From Nymphaea colorata (Eukaryota), in NCBI RefSeq assembly GCF_008831285.2, contig NC_045138.2, positions 41,788,001-41,852,000 of the forward strand: a DNA stretch of 64,000 nucleotides, written 5' to 3'. Position numbers and translations under genes: made by a program. Below are positions 12,120-25,955 of the stretch, in pieces. The first letter of the stretch is position 1. Each line of letters begins with the position of its first letter. The notes beneath the pieces were generated by a model. The model saw nothing but the letters and a program-made list of their open reading frames with translations, searched no databases and was not told where the DNA came from.

Positions 12120-14781
12120 TAGTCCAAGTAGAGAGATATTATGATTATTTTCTAGAGACCAATCATTTCTAGTTCAAAATTTCCAAAATACGATTGGTTT
12201 TCTAAAAATGTCATTGAATGCCCTTGGTTTTCTCAAAAAAATAACCTTACCTTTTTTTCTCAAAAAAATAACAAAATACCCTTTGTGGGGCCCACAGTCA
12301 ACGTGGCAAGCTGACCAAGCCTGGTCCGGACAATCCAAGCCCGGGCAGGCTTAGGCCTCGCCTAGCCTACCCTGGCCTGGTCCTGCCTCGGCGCTGGCAA
12401 GCCTGGCCAGGCTAGTCCTACAGCCGGCCTGGCGTGGCCAAGCTTGGTCCGGCAAGGCTAAGCCTGCAACCGACCAGCACAGGCCAAAATAGGCCTGTGG
12501 CTGGCAGTGGACTAGGCCTAGGCTGGGTCAGCCTTGGGTGGGCTTTTTGGACAGATTTGACGCTTTTAGTATTTTTAAGCTATTTTAAGCCAATAATGAC
12601 CAATTAATGGCTAATTTCATTTGAAAAAAAGACCACAATGCCCTTGAGTCTTCTTTCTCTATAAATAATTCCTCATTTCTCTCATTTAACATGGAAATTC
12701 ATCATCTTTTCAAGCATTTGAATTCTCTCTCTCCGCTTTTAGATTTCTTCTTCTTTCTCTTTTTCTTCTTGTTCAATTTTTTATGTTTGGCTATCTTAAT
12801 GTTCAACTCCAAACCTTCATCAAAGGATCTTCAACCCATTCATGTCACCATCAAAGAGTTCTCCTTGCCCGAAAGAGTTAAGGAGCCGCCTCTACATCAA
12901 ATCCTTCTTTTTAGGTATTTATAACTTTTCTTTCAACCATTTTCTTGTCTCTTTTCTTCATAATAAGCCGATGAAGATTTATAGTTTCTCCAGAGCTAAG
13001 GATTCTCCTTAGAGCTCCGAAGAGCATGACGACCAAGGCAAATATTTTCCTTAAAATAATTTCCTCTCTCTTTTTAACTTATTATTTTATCATTTTAACT
13101 AGCTTCTTCATTTTTTTTAACTCGTTTATCTCTTTTAAACTCGTTTTTCTCTCATTTTAATTTTTTTCTCTTTCTTCTTAACTTCTTTTTCTCTCATTCT
13201 TTACTCCTCTCATTTTCATTTTAATGTTTATTTTTTTCATTCTTAACTTTTCCCTACCATTTTAACTTATATTTTTCTCATTTTAATTTCTCATCTTTAT
13301 TTTTCTGTTTTTATTTCTCTTCTCATTTCTCTCTTGTCTAATTCTTTCTCTTTCAAATATCTCTCTTTTTCTCTCTCTCTTTTACCTTTTATTTCTCTCT
13401 AAGTATTTTCATTTTTCTCTTTCATTCTTTTAAATTTTCTCTGCTCCTATTCTTGCTCTCTCATCATATATCTACCTTTTCATTTTTCTTATCTAATTCT
13501 CTATTTTGATGTCTTGATTGTATGTGAATGCTTATTACAATGTGAGGATTTGCGGTCATTTTTCTATTTTTATCATTTTGAGGTTTGGACATGTCCAACC
13601 CGGGAAACACCTAAACATGCTTGATGTACATGTTAATTTGCATTGAACATGTCATTTTTTATTTTCAAATTGCAAATCCATCTTCATATTTTTTTAACCA
13701 TTCTTCTAGTCTTTCGTTGGCCCACCTATATTTTCAATACACCCTTGAGTGACTCACTAGATGAAATCTTACCACTATCAATTTAGATCAAAAATTTTCC
13801 TTTCATTGCTCCATATATGTGTTATGGTAGGATTAGTTTATTTTTGTTATGCATATAAAATTTATGTAATCATGCATACACAATCATTTATAGGAATCAT
13901 GAATGCTCATTAGCACATCACTAAGAAGATTAAGTAATCCAAGATCAAGCCCTAATGAGGTGATAATCGAATTAAGGCAAAATCTTGAAACTTAATTAAA
14001 ATTGAAGAGAAACAGCCCTATAAATTATAATATTTTCTTCTTGTAAATATCAAATTTTTACACTTTTCACCATATTATTTTGATATTTGCAATATTTTAA
14101 AATCTCTTTATTTGGTCCTATGATGAAAATAATTATGGTCATCATCCATCTATTTTGATATCTTATTTTCAAACAAAACTTGGAAAACTTGTTTTTGCAA
14201 AACCTGACAAGTTAAAACCATATTTTGCAAAATAAGTAATTTACAAGTATGTTTTCAATCATATTTCCTCCAAAAAGTTGAAAACTTCAATTTTTCAAAA
14301 CTATCTTCAAAAACAAGTTATCTTTTAGTTGAGTTCTAGTGAAAATATTTGAAGAATTCAAATAATTGTACAATCATCCCTTTTAAACAATTTGTTTTAT
14401 ATACTATTTGACTTTTCCAACAATTCAATCTCAAATTTGTAAAGTAACTAATTATTAAGGGTTTGTTAACCCTTAAGACCATAGTTCTAGACCTAAGGGC
14501 ACCACCATTTTTTTTCTAAAACCAAACCATATTTAATCATTTCAAAATTTATCTTAATATATTTTATTTAGACTTGAGCACACATGCATATAGGATAACA
14601 TTTCAAATATCAGAATGTGCAAAGTAAGAGATTGGTTCTTGGTCGGGTTACCCCCAATAAAGGCGTTGGGAACGGCCGGGCCTCGTACCGATGGGTGACT
14701 CCCTCTCTCTCTCATTTCAAAATAAAACCTCATTTTTCTGAAGCACTTCAAAGACCAAAATAAATTTTGGAGATGTAAACA
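12120..14781 (+). mobile_element. Probable large Gypsy-type LTR remnant
   Basis: GC-rich ggcctaggc repeats (12300-12550), ctataaata TATA at ~12659, a CT-rich leader, and an end ...ggagatgtaaaca. No clear 5' TG or TSD. Confidence 0.35.
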
Positions 14782-17700
14782 ATTCCTATATTAGTTGCTC
14801 ATAGTGCATAATAGCATAATGTAAGCATTAGGACTGTGTCATAGATCATTTTAGTGATACCAGCGTATGCATTTTCTATTTTGCAAAGGTATAAAACTTA
14901 TTTCGATGCATTTTTTTGGTAGGCGTTGAAGCATTCTAATGACCTACATTGTTGCAATCAATCATTTCTTAGGTTGCGCAGAAGATTGCAAAGCAAATAG
15001 AAAGGAACTTCAGTAGTCCTTACCCAAGACTCTAACCCACTGGTTCATGCTGTGTCTTGGCTGCTACCGGCCCCAGTTTTCTTTGTTTCTATTAATTGCA
15101 TGTAGTACTAATTACTATTTAGTGTAATCTTATTAGTTTTAGTTAGTATTAGAATGCTACAAGTTGTTGATTAAAAGGTTCATGTTAGTTAACTAGAATG
15201 GGTTCTTTTGTCAATGCCAGTAAGAATTGCCTTGAGCTAGTGGGTTTACGTGCATTGGAGTTGTCCAACTATAGATGCCTCAAATTTTATATTGCCAAAC
15301 GACCATTTTACGCCTCTTAGTGGAGACTTTGTGCTAATTTTCTCAAATGTTTTTCAAATGCAATGACCAAGGATCACAAATACATGAATTTGATGGTCTC
15401 AATGTTAGGTAGTTGGACCTAAATCACCCAACTTGTCGTCAGTAAGAAAAATGATCATTTTTCCCCTGATCATCCTCATTTTTTCCAAATCTTGTTCAAT
15501 TCTCATGAAATAGCTGTACAACTCCTGAGAATTAGGTTTTACCATTTCAATAATAAAAATTCTCATATTTGCAAATTACCAGGAGATTTCACAACCCATT
15601 TTCCTGCTCACATTTGGTTATTTGGCTCAAAATGGCTCATTTATGTTCTTTTTTGGCAATTTTTTCACACTAGAACACCTACTGATCTCTCCAACTTTGT
15701 TTTGAAATCATTTTTATTATTAGCAAACTTTTTTATTTAAACCCCCAATCTTCAAAGCCAACTTCTCATCATAAACCTTTCATTTGCCTCCATTTTAGTT
15801 GAAATGAGCTCACTTGCTCAGTGATTCATATAATTCTCAACAAAGACATCTTGTCAATCTCTATAGAGCTACATTAAAGTCTTTTTTCAATGCGAGAATA
15901 ACATTTTTGAAGTTATTTTCTACTCACTCATCCTATTTTGAGCTCTGGCGAGTTGTGCTGATAACAAGATCAATCTCTATCCTTCATTTCGAGTGTCCAT
16001 GCTGATATTCTCTTTTTCAATGGCTAGTCAAGTTGTGTTGAGCTAGCAACTTGTTTTTGAATGTCAAGACTGACTATCTTTAGCTCAATTCGGTTTAATT
16101 CATCCATAATCTAACTCTTTTTCCATTTCCACTCATCTCCCTCACTTGTATGGAGTGCTCAGTGTTAGCTCAATTTTCTAAGCTAAAATTCTTACATTCC
16201 AAGAGTCTAATTGATGGTTTCTTTGCATCAACGTGATCAAACACATCTCAATAGAGTATTGTTAATTTTAGTTTGGAGCAATCACATGTTGAACACACAA
16301 TTCCTCACTACCTTGAAGTGCACTATCTTGTATTATATATTCTCTATGGTTGTTCTTTTTGAATTCTTTCAAGTTTTATAGTTTCTCTACCACGTCATAA
16401 GTTTATCATTAAATTTTCAGCCAAAACCAAGTTTTCTACCCCTTTCAGATAAGAACGCAAAATCATATGTTAGCATAGTTCAATGCAAAAAGCAGATTTT
16501 TAGAAACTTAAATATGCAAGTTTCTTAGATTCTCTGATATGTAGAGGACCTACATACGAAAAAAATATCAAGATGAGATTTCTAACCCCACTTTCCACCT
16601 ATTTGAAATTTGTGTAGAAACTGTCATAATGACATTTTTATGCAGAATTTCAGCTTTTCAAGTTACTTCACCAGCTTGTTTGATGCATAGCTCTCTCATT
16701 TGTGGGTCTTTTCTCATCATTTAAGTTTATGTAAATTCTCTAGTGAGTACAAATTCTACATACCAAATTTAACACTAATTCATGAAGTTTTGACATACCT
16801 TTGATATTGGCAATGTTTGTGATTTGAACTAATTTTTGTTTTTCTCTTTTCTATGTCTCTACAGAAATCTGCTCAGCAACCTAGATTTACAAGTTTACAT
16901 CTTGTCATCCTTAAAAGTTTTTTCAAAAATTTAACATAATTGAAAGGTTAACATACAAAAAGAGTATATCGTGTTTTGTGACCATTAAAGATCATTACAT
17001 TAACTTTTTCATGTGTGTAACTTGAGTTGTGAAGTTGTTTTACTGTTTTCTCGTACTTGGTCAAATTTTAGAGTCTGTCAATGAGTTGTTCTGTAGCAAC
17101 CTTTGCATCTTTTTATTTCTTATTCATTTTTTAATGTATAAAGTTCAACTAATTCTCTGGTATGTAGGGAATCTACAATCGAAATTTCAAGTTTATCCAG
17201 GTTGTTTTGATATGTTTTGAGTCATGCAAAGTCATACCAGTAAAATAATTCTTTTGTTGTTCTCTACCAAAAACATGTTTTCTACATTGATTTTGTTGTG
17301 TAATATATTTTTGTAGAAAATAAATTTTTTGAATTTATCACTTGAAACTAATTATTTGATAGATAGAGATTCTCCAACCAAAATTTCAAGAAGTTTTAAA
17401 GATCATTGGCATAATTTTTAGGACCAATCAATTCAGTTGCTGAGAATAAGTTGCATTTCTCTAGGGTTGATTTTTATCTTTTAGGACTGATCCTTTGACT
17501 TGTTAAAAATAATTCAAGAGCTTGATCTGTTTTTGGAATGATGGAGTTTAAATTCTTTGGCTAACTATGGATTCAATAGCCTTAGGCTTTTGATGAGAAA
17601 ATGGCTGAGCTCTTAGATTTCACAAGAGCTTGGGAATTTAAATTTTAGAGACTGTTAAATTTAATCCAAATCATGAACTCAAATTTTATCAAATCGTACT

Positions 17701-19599
17701 TAAAATTGCATATCATATTTTGATGAACTTCGTCCCGCTTTCCTTCAATTAAAATAGGTGCATATGATGCTAGGACATGTAATAGCTTGACCCATGAGGT
17801 TCTTAAGTTAAGAGTACATGTGCTTTCTTCAACATTCATACATTCCTTTCTTTGTTTTTTTTTTCTTCATAGTAGAGATTGGAGTATCAACCAATTTAGT
17901 GATCCATCTTTTACACATGGCTTTGACCATTCACGTTACAAATTGTTGGAGCCTTTCATCTGTTCGGACTTCCGTCCTTTCTTCCTCCTGCACAAATTTT
18001 CTGCTCTAATTCTCTGCTTTTGATGCTTACACACTCTTGTCTTAGTTTTCCTCCAATTCATTGTAAACAAAAATCATACAACCAATTCCCAGATTTTCTA
18101 TTGTTTTCCCTTTTCGTTTAGTTACTATTGTTAGTCTTGTAAATTAGATTTGATGCATTTTTTATATATATCAAGTTAGGCAAACCTCTACTAGGTTGCA
18201 CTACATGCATTAGTTTTGAACTCTTGATTTTCCTCAATTCCAAGATCTTCAAATCCAACCATGTAACAAGCTTACCAAGTTCTTGATGATATGCTCACTA
18301 GCATTTGGTGTAGTTGATTATTCAATCTTAGTCAGATTGGTGATTGAGTTTATAGAAACAAATTGTATATTGACCTTCTTCAAGTTGAAAGTTTCAAGAT
18401 AATTTAGAAGTCTTTCAACAGTCTGGCCAAGTTTTATATGTGACTTGCAGATTTATAACTGTTATAATTCATGGTTATATAAGTCAGACAATAGCCAAAG
18501 GGGAAGTGAGGCTGTAATACAAATTGGCACGCTCTGCTCTGCCTCTATGGTTAGAGAAACTAGTGATGCTGCTGGTATTTGAAGTTGTGATGCTATTATC
18601 AATATTTCATGTAATAGCTTGAGCGACAAGGTTCTTCAATTTGTTTGCGGAACATCAAAATCTGCGACAAGAAATGATATTTTCTCATACAATCACAATT
18701 GGAACTAATATCGGCAAATGATCAGGGGCTCTTTCTTATAGAATCCTATAGTTCTGGCTGTGCATAGCTGCAAATAGCTTGTCTAGTGAAGCACGTGGAC
18801 CACCAAGGTCCTTTGCTAGGGTCTCTAAAAAGCAAAGGAAGTTGTACATCAGGGATTAATTAAACAAAGGCTTATGCAATTTTTTCTTCATTTTGAATGC
18901 ACCTTTAATTAGTGCTACTTGTTGCATATGACACCTATATTTTATCCATCTTGAATACACCCTTAAGTGGCAGACAAAGAAATTTTGTTGAATGGGGTTT
19001 CTTGTTCATTAAAAGAAAAGGGTCTTAGTTTTTAATTTATCAACAATTAAAATAAATTTTTTTAAGATTATATATCACCTACAAAGATCGTTTGTAGGAC
19101 CAAACTTCACAAATAATCTAATAGAGTTTTGAAATTTCATTATATATATTTTTGTATTTTATTACATTTTTTTGCTTTTTCATGTTAGACATATATGATG
19201 TCAAGATCGTTTAAAAGTTTACCCAAAACAATATATATTTTATTTATCTTGGGGCTTATGAGTCATTTCAATAAAATGAGATTTTATAAATATTTCAGTT
19301 TTTCCTTTGAATTGTATAGTAATAGTTTGATGATATTATATTAATTGGAATTTATTGATGACTCACTGAATTTCATAGTAGATAACAAGAGAAAGAAGAA
19401 GCAGCTTGCTACCTTGTGTAGAGAGAGAGAGAAGCAGTTTGGTACTCTTTTTTAGTTGGGTACTCCAGGCTCTCTTTCTGCATATTTTGGTTGGCCTCTG
19501 TGTCATGTCTTGGCATGCTTGTAGACTATTCATTAACTAGTTTTACTTAACTTCTTCTACATCTATGTTTGATTATTTAGATTGAAGCTCTTATAATAT

Positions 19600-20460
19600 G
19601 AAAGATCAAAGTTGGACAGTAAAGAGAAGAGATGATATAGAATATTTGAATGGTGTGGACAATTTTTTTTTATGAGTGCTAATAATGTCATTGTCAATGA
19701 AAGAATGGGATGTCCTTGCATCAAATGCAACAATTTAGGTCTCAAAATGTACTAGATGCAATAGATCATACTGTCTACCATTGATTCATTTTGTCATATT
19801 TTGGTGGAATTATGATGATGAATCATTTTCGTTACCTGTGATGGAAGTTAACCAACCACCAAATGTGCATTTTGAAAACATGCACGAAATGCTAGGCGAT
19901 GTTTTTGACATGCATGAAGATGCATCGGCTTCAGGTAGGTCTATCAACCATGTTATTGAAGAAAGAGAAGACAATGACATGTATGAAAGATTGAGTAGTG
20001 ATGCAAAAAAGGAACCTTATCCAAGTTACAGTAGATATACGAAAATGAGTTTTTTAATCAGCTTGTTTCATATCAAGTTTCTATATGGATAGAGCAACAA
20101 GAGCTTTAATATGTTATTTGATCTATTGCATGTAACTTTCTTTAATAGAGTGCTGTTACCAAAGACCATGTATGAGGCCAATAAATCATCACAAAATTGG
20201 AGATTTATAGTGAAATGATAGATATACACCAAAATAACTATATGTTATAGAAGAATGAATATACGACAAAAGATACATGTAACAAATATGGTGTGTCATA
20301 ATGTAAAAAAAACCGACAATCAATTTACCTCTATGCATCTAAAAAAGAAAAGAAGGCACCAATCAAGGCTCTACATTATTTCCTAATTACACTAAAGTTG
20401 AAAAGCATGACTAATGTTGTACAACAAATGACATGCCATGTGAAAACCCATGCTAAAGAT
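19600..20460 (+). pseudogene. CACTA (En/Spm) Tnp2/TnpD transposase N-terminal remnant
   Basis: RRDDIEYLNGVDNF...CPCIKCNNL; YERLSSDAKKEPYPSYSRYTKMSFLISLFHIK..G*SNKSFNMLFDLL; LPKTMYEA; KAPIKALHYFLITLKL. Confidence 0.85.
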
Positions 20461-20479
20461 AATGAAAACGAAGTGATAT

Positions 20480-21145
20480 TTATGAAGGCAATGACAATGA
20501 AAATGAAAGAAAACTTTGTTAAATATTAGAAATCCATTAACTTGTTAATTACCATTGCATCTATATTGGATCCATGCATAAAAATCACATTATCAGAATT
20601 TATCTTCTCAAAAATTTGTCAATCAAGAGAAGAAAAGGAAAACAAATGGAAATGATAAAATGTACGTTGCAAGAGGTTTATAAAGATTCTGTTAGAAGAA
20701 ATGAAACTTAAAATAAAGTGGATGCTAATACTATTACCATATCAAGTAATTCCTCTAATAATTGAGGTCAACGCACACCATCCAGTGGAAGAAAGTTATT
20801 TTTTAAGTTCTTAAGTAAAGCTGAAAATGTTACTTTTCAGGTTACCAAATTTGGGCAAGACACATATTTGGAGGATGGATTAATGATGATGTTGGTGATG
20901 ATTTTTTTAATATCTTGCAATGGTGGAAAGACAAGGAACCCAAGTATTGAATTCTTTCACAAATGGCACGTGATATATTGTCAATTCCAATCACTTATGT
21001 TGCTTCAGAAAAAGCATTTTGTACAGGAGGTCAGATTCTTAATGATAGTCGTGTTCATTGATACCACAGATAGTGGAAGCTTTGGTTAGTTTGGGTGATT
21101 GGGTAAAGAATGATGGTGATTCAATGCATGAAGTGTTAACAAAAG
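20480..21145 (+). pseudogene. hAT transposase C-terminal remnant including the dimerisation domain
   Basis: MKAMTMKMKENFVKY*...LITIASILDPCIK; FNILQWWK...ILSQMARDILSIPITYVASEKAFCTGGQIL...LIPQIVEALVSLGDW. Confidence 0.88.
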
Positions 21146-21153
21146 TAAGTATG

Positions 21154-24082
21154 TGTAAAGCTTTTGATTTTTTTCGCAGGTGGAGTTGGAGCAGGTCCAG
21201 ACCCGGACCCGAACATTTTTGGCGTGAAGGAGCCCGACGCAAGGGCTCTTCTCCCTCGCCTTTCCCTCTTCTCCCTCGTCTTCCTCCCAGTCCCCCCTTT
21301 TGTTGCCTCTCGTGCCAGCGCGTAGAAGAAGGAGAAGATGGAGGATTGGTGCAGGGCAACGACGAGAGCTGTGGCAGTGGCGGTCAGGTGAGGCTTCCGA
21401 TTTCTCTCCGCCACCTCCTTCCTCTTCCTTCTTCTCTTCCTCCCTCTGTCAACGCCTTCCCCTGCTACATGTTTTCTTTCTCTCCCTCTCTGCACGAGCT
21501 CCCTCCGCATCTCATTGTCTCCTCCTCGCCATCTCCCTCATTTCCCTTGCCGTGCTATCCCTCTTCCTCTACCACTCTCTCACTCTCTTGCTCTCTCTGC
21601 CTGCACTCCCTCCTCACTGTCAGCACCCTCAACCGAATACTCTCTGCTCTCTTTCTCTCTTGCGTCAGACCTTCCTCCCTCAGCCGAACCAACTTCTCAT
21701 AGCCAACTGCCTCCTTCTCAAGGCAGACCTCTTCTGTCACACCTTTTCATTGATTCTCATCATAGTGATTGCCGTTTGGTTGGTTTTCAGCTTGGGAAGT
21801 TCGTCTTCCCCCTTTTTCCAGCAATTAGGCCATGTTGTTGGTGACGGCAGCGAGCAATCTTTGGCATTGGCGCTCAATCGGATACTTGAGGTGGCTGTTG
21901 GGAACACTACGACAGTTTGGATACTAAAATTTGGGTGAGCGAGGCCTAATCGAGCCTAGATGGTTGAATATTTTATATTGGAGCATGTATAATTATTGGT
22001 TGAGCATACTAGAATTAAGAATTGATGATTTTAGGATATGTTAGCGACTTTGCTTTTTGAGGAAAACCTAGGATTGTTTTGAAGAGGCAATGATCCATGC
22101 TTTTAATGCCCTTTTTAGCATGATATGTTGATCCTCAAAGCTATGTGAAAATATGGTAGAGATTTGAAGGGGTTAAGATGGTTTAGAGCCATTTTTGTAA
22201 ACACGTGGCGCATGTGTTGGTCGTTGGACATATTGCGTGGTTGGTTGAGAAAGAGCTTGTGAGTAGGATGTAATTTTGGAAAGAGACCTATTGGAGGGTT
22301 TTGTGAGTTGATACTACTCGTCGACACCCTTTTGAGGCGATGACATGCCTGAATGATTATATTTTGCACTGGTATGAATTGTAAAGTGAAGCGAATGTAG
22401 AACTTACCTTTTCATTGTGTTTGTAGGAACACCGGGCACGTCCAGTAGACTTTGAGTGACTAGGTTGTAGCTTGAGGCATTTTGGATATCTTGGCGACGT
22501 GCGATAGGTATGGTGACATTCCAAGCAAATCTCGGCCTGGGGCCAACTAGACTGTGTGTTTTGAGGATCGTTATGACCGTGATGTAATTGAATGATTGTA
22601 TACATGAGAATTGAATGTTTATGTGATAAGTTTTGTTTTGAAAATTACTACGTAATTGCATGTGCATGCTAGAATTGATAACTACTTAGGAAAGATGAGG
22701 TGTGGTATCGAGTCGAGTGTCTCCTCGACCCCAACTGTGCATTAGAAAGCATCCTAGAATGATAACTGCATAGGAAAGCTGCGAGCCAATCACGGATCGA
22801 GACTACTTTCTGTGGTTTGGCTAAGTTTTGAAAGATATGATTGATGTGATAAGTGATGTGAATGTGGTAATGTTTTCGTATGCTTTGCCTTGGGCATGAT
22901 ACTAATGAATGGAATTGAAGGGTAGTTGTACCCGTATTGCTTTGACGGCTAGCTAAGAATGTTAATTATATATGTAGCCTCATGTGGAGGCATTTTGAAA
23001 GATATGATTGATGTGATAAGTGATGTGAATGTGGTAATGTTTTTGTATGCTTTGCCTTGGGCATGATACAAATGAATGGAATTGAAGGGTAGTTGTACTC
23101 GTATTGCTTTGACGACTAGCTAAGAATGTTAATTATATATGTAGCCTCGTGTGGAGGCATTCGGAGGTATGGGTGTACTCGTGGAGTGAACCAACCTCAT
23201 GAGCTGGCTGGTCATTTTATGATTGTGTTTTCATAATGTTAAATAAGAAATAATAAGAGATGAGAGACCAGTGGGTTGTGGTAATGTGTTTGGGAGACAT
23301 CCCGCTTTCGCCACTGGTCTCGCCTATTCAGAGCGCAGGCGGTGCAAGGCCCCAGGGTACTGTTGTGTGTTGTGCTTGGAGCGTTGGGCTCCCGCATTCC
23401 CAACCTGGGTGTCCTAGGGAAGACTGAGTATCTCTCCTTGGAATTCACACATCCATGGATGAGTGCTCTACCGCTGCAGCGTGAATGGATCCATATCGAT
23501 TCGAGCCACCACGGGGGTTGTCTTTCGGCTGTAGGCCGCCCACGGTGTGCACGTGCCTGTGTATTGCACCCACATAAACTATCAATTCACTAAAGTTAAT
23601 GTAAATGATTAGAATGAGAATGATATGTTATGCAGAGTTGTATGTTATTTGTGATTAGTTCATATATGAGCCCCTACCTTAGAGGTTTAGGGATTTTTCT
23701 GGCTTGTTACCATACTGCGAAGGCTAAGCCTTCAGTTGTTTTTCTTTTTCAGGTTTTGGCAGACCCGGGGCAGCAGGTTGAGCAGATGGCTTCACTCACA
23801 TCCTACTGGAGAGGTTTTGGGCCGTTTGTAGTGCCGACGCGTCATGTTTTGGGTTGTATTGATGTCTTGTTGTTGTTAGGCATTAGTCATATGGTTTGAG
23901 GCAATTTTTGGTCATACACATTGATGTAATTTTTGTATCAACTGAAATTGTTATATAAATGAAAGTTTGCTCCACTGTTTTGAATTGCTTGGCTCATCTC
24001 ATTATAAATCATTGTGTCATCGCACCTCAATGTTTTAGGTTTAGAAAAAAATTCTGAGGGTCAAAAAGGTTGGAGTGTGACA
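21154..24082 (+). mobile_element. Solo LTR, 2929 bp, Gypsy (Tekay/Del-like) style
   Basis: Starts TGTAAAG and ends GTGTGACA. Identical 5-bp flanks GTATG at 21149-21153 and 24083-24087. No internal coding domains. Confidence 0.88.
22826..23159. repeat. 167-bp tandem duplication inside the solo LTR
   Basis: ttttgaaagatatgattgatgtg...gtggaggca occurs at 22826-22992 and again at 22993-23159 with few mismatches. Confidence 0.92.
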
Positions 24083-25259
24083 GTATGCCTTGAAGAAAAT
24101 GTATTCATTAAATACTTTATTAGTTGTTTGATAATTGACTATATGTATTTCTTTCAAGCTGCCACTAAAGATGAGTCAAGTGAATATTATATCTTTAGAG
24201 TGATTTAAGTTGATCTTTTCATTCATTTTAGTATGTTTGTTATGTTGTTTAAATTATTAAAATATCACGATATAATTTATTAGCTCTTGTAGTTATGATT
24301 TGTTACATTGTTTTGTAGGTCTCATGAAGACAAGAGCTATGGATATCAAGATGTCATTGCAAGGATTTGCTATTTATTGGAACTTGAAATTAAAAAGCTT
24401 TGTCTTAATGTTTATTTTGGCAACTTTTAAGATACTTAAAATTTTCATATTGATCTAATTTAATATGATGGTACATGAATTATTTTTTTGATGGATTGAG
24501 AAGAAAAGGGTTGACTTTGCAGTTTTGATCAATCAACCTTCTTGTCATGTCCTCTCAAATGCAAATTTGGTATAGCCCTTGGCATAAGGTATGTGATGGC
24601 TCCAAAGCAATCAAATTTTATGTACAAAGATATCCTAGATCTGGTGATTTTGTGAACAAGTTAGTGGAGTTTTTTCATTTTCTTCTTTTCATGTTTTCTA
24701 ATATTTAGGAGTTTCTATTTGGGACTTCATCTTCCAAACAGGAGCATCAGAGTTCAGTCATCAATCACAAGTCTTCAATATATATATATATATATACACA
24801 CACACACGTTTCTTATCCTTAAAATGTCTGCTCAGCTTTGGACCCATGTATATGTTTTTTGTTTTTTGCTTTGTTCATTCTCCATTTCTTGTGAAACACA
24901 GTGAACGTCTCCAGGATCTGTTATTATTATTGAGCTAATTTTTTTCTTATTGAAGAATGAGTTGTGGTTTTCTTAGATATTCTTTCCATTGAAAGTCAAC
25001 CACTGTTGCTGAAGGAAGTGTGAACTCCGAGCTTTACATCATGTCTTCTAGTTAATTTATCATGAATGATGTGCAACTGATGTAGTTTGCAAATGTTATT
25101 GAGTCTGTATTGTTAACATGACCATGTGGACAATCTTTAATCACTACATGTCGGTCGTCTTTGGTCCTTTGGCACATTATTTGACAGCTTATATGTTTGA
25201 TTTTACTCGTTGCTAGCCAGATGCTTTCGTAGAGTTATGCAAGAAGATGAGAACATTTA

Positions 25260-25529
25260 TTTATCTAGCTCACTTAAACGAGCTTCGTAATCATCTCGAC
25301 GAGTTTAACGAGCAAGAAGAAAAGAACATTTGAAAGAATCTTGAAAGATAAACTAGTTTGTCGAGCGTGTCGAGTGGAGTTCGACATTTTTTGGTTCAGT
25401 CAAGTTCGAATCGCTTTTGTCAAGCTATTCTTGAGTCACTCAAGAAGCGCTCGAGCTCAAGGTTTCGTAAGTCGAGACAATCTTGAGTTCGGCTGGTCTC
25501 TTGCTCGGCTCGACTCACTTTCATCCCTT
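25260..25529. mobile_element. hAT-like terminus with subterminal repeats
   Basis: Clustered tcgag/aacgagc/ctcgac motifs end in catccctt, close to the reverse complement of a TAGGGATG-type hAT TIR. Confidence 0.5.
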
Positions 25530-25955
25530 AAAAGGTAACTGTAGTTTTCTTTTTATTATTTTAGTTATTAAATTAAAAAAAATTGAATGAAAGGTTGAAA
25601 TGGTAGCTTTGTTTACATTTTAGTATTTCTTTTAAGGAGTTGTCTTTGAGTATTGGAAAAAGTTGATGTTCGCTTTATTCTAGCACAAAAGAAGGCGCCC
25701 GTTATATTAGCCTAAAAGGTTGGGCGGTCCGTTGTAAATTTTCAATGTGTTCTTTTCTAAGGAATACCTTGGCGTGGCAAGTGGCATTCCTTTTGTCACA
25801 GTGATGTGCCCTTTTGTATGACATGGCGCCTCAATCAGGGTCGCAAAGCTTCTTAACTCTTATTTTACTTTCTCCCCCAGAACGCAGATGGAGAGTCCCC
25901 GACTTCCCAAGAGGGAGAGAAGGAGGAGAGACGTTGCATCAAATTGCCGACGGAG

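Noticed and set aside
21039..21938. Overlapping 100-214 aa ORFs on both strands
   Set aside because: Low-complexity CT-rich sequence inside the solo LTR. Only the first ~25 aa of ORF 21058 is genuine hAT sequence.
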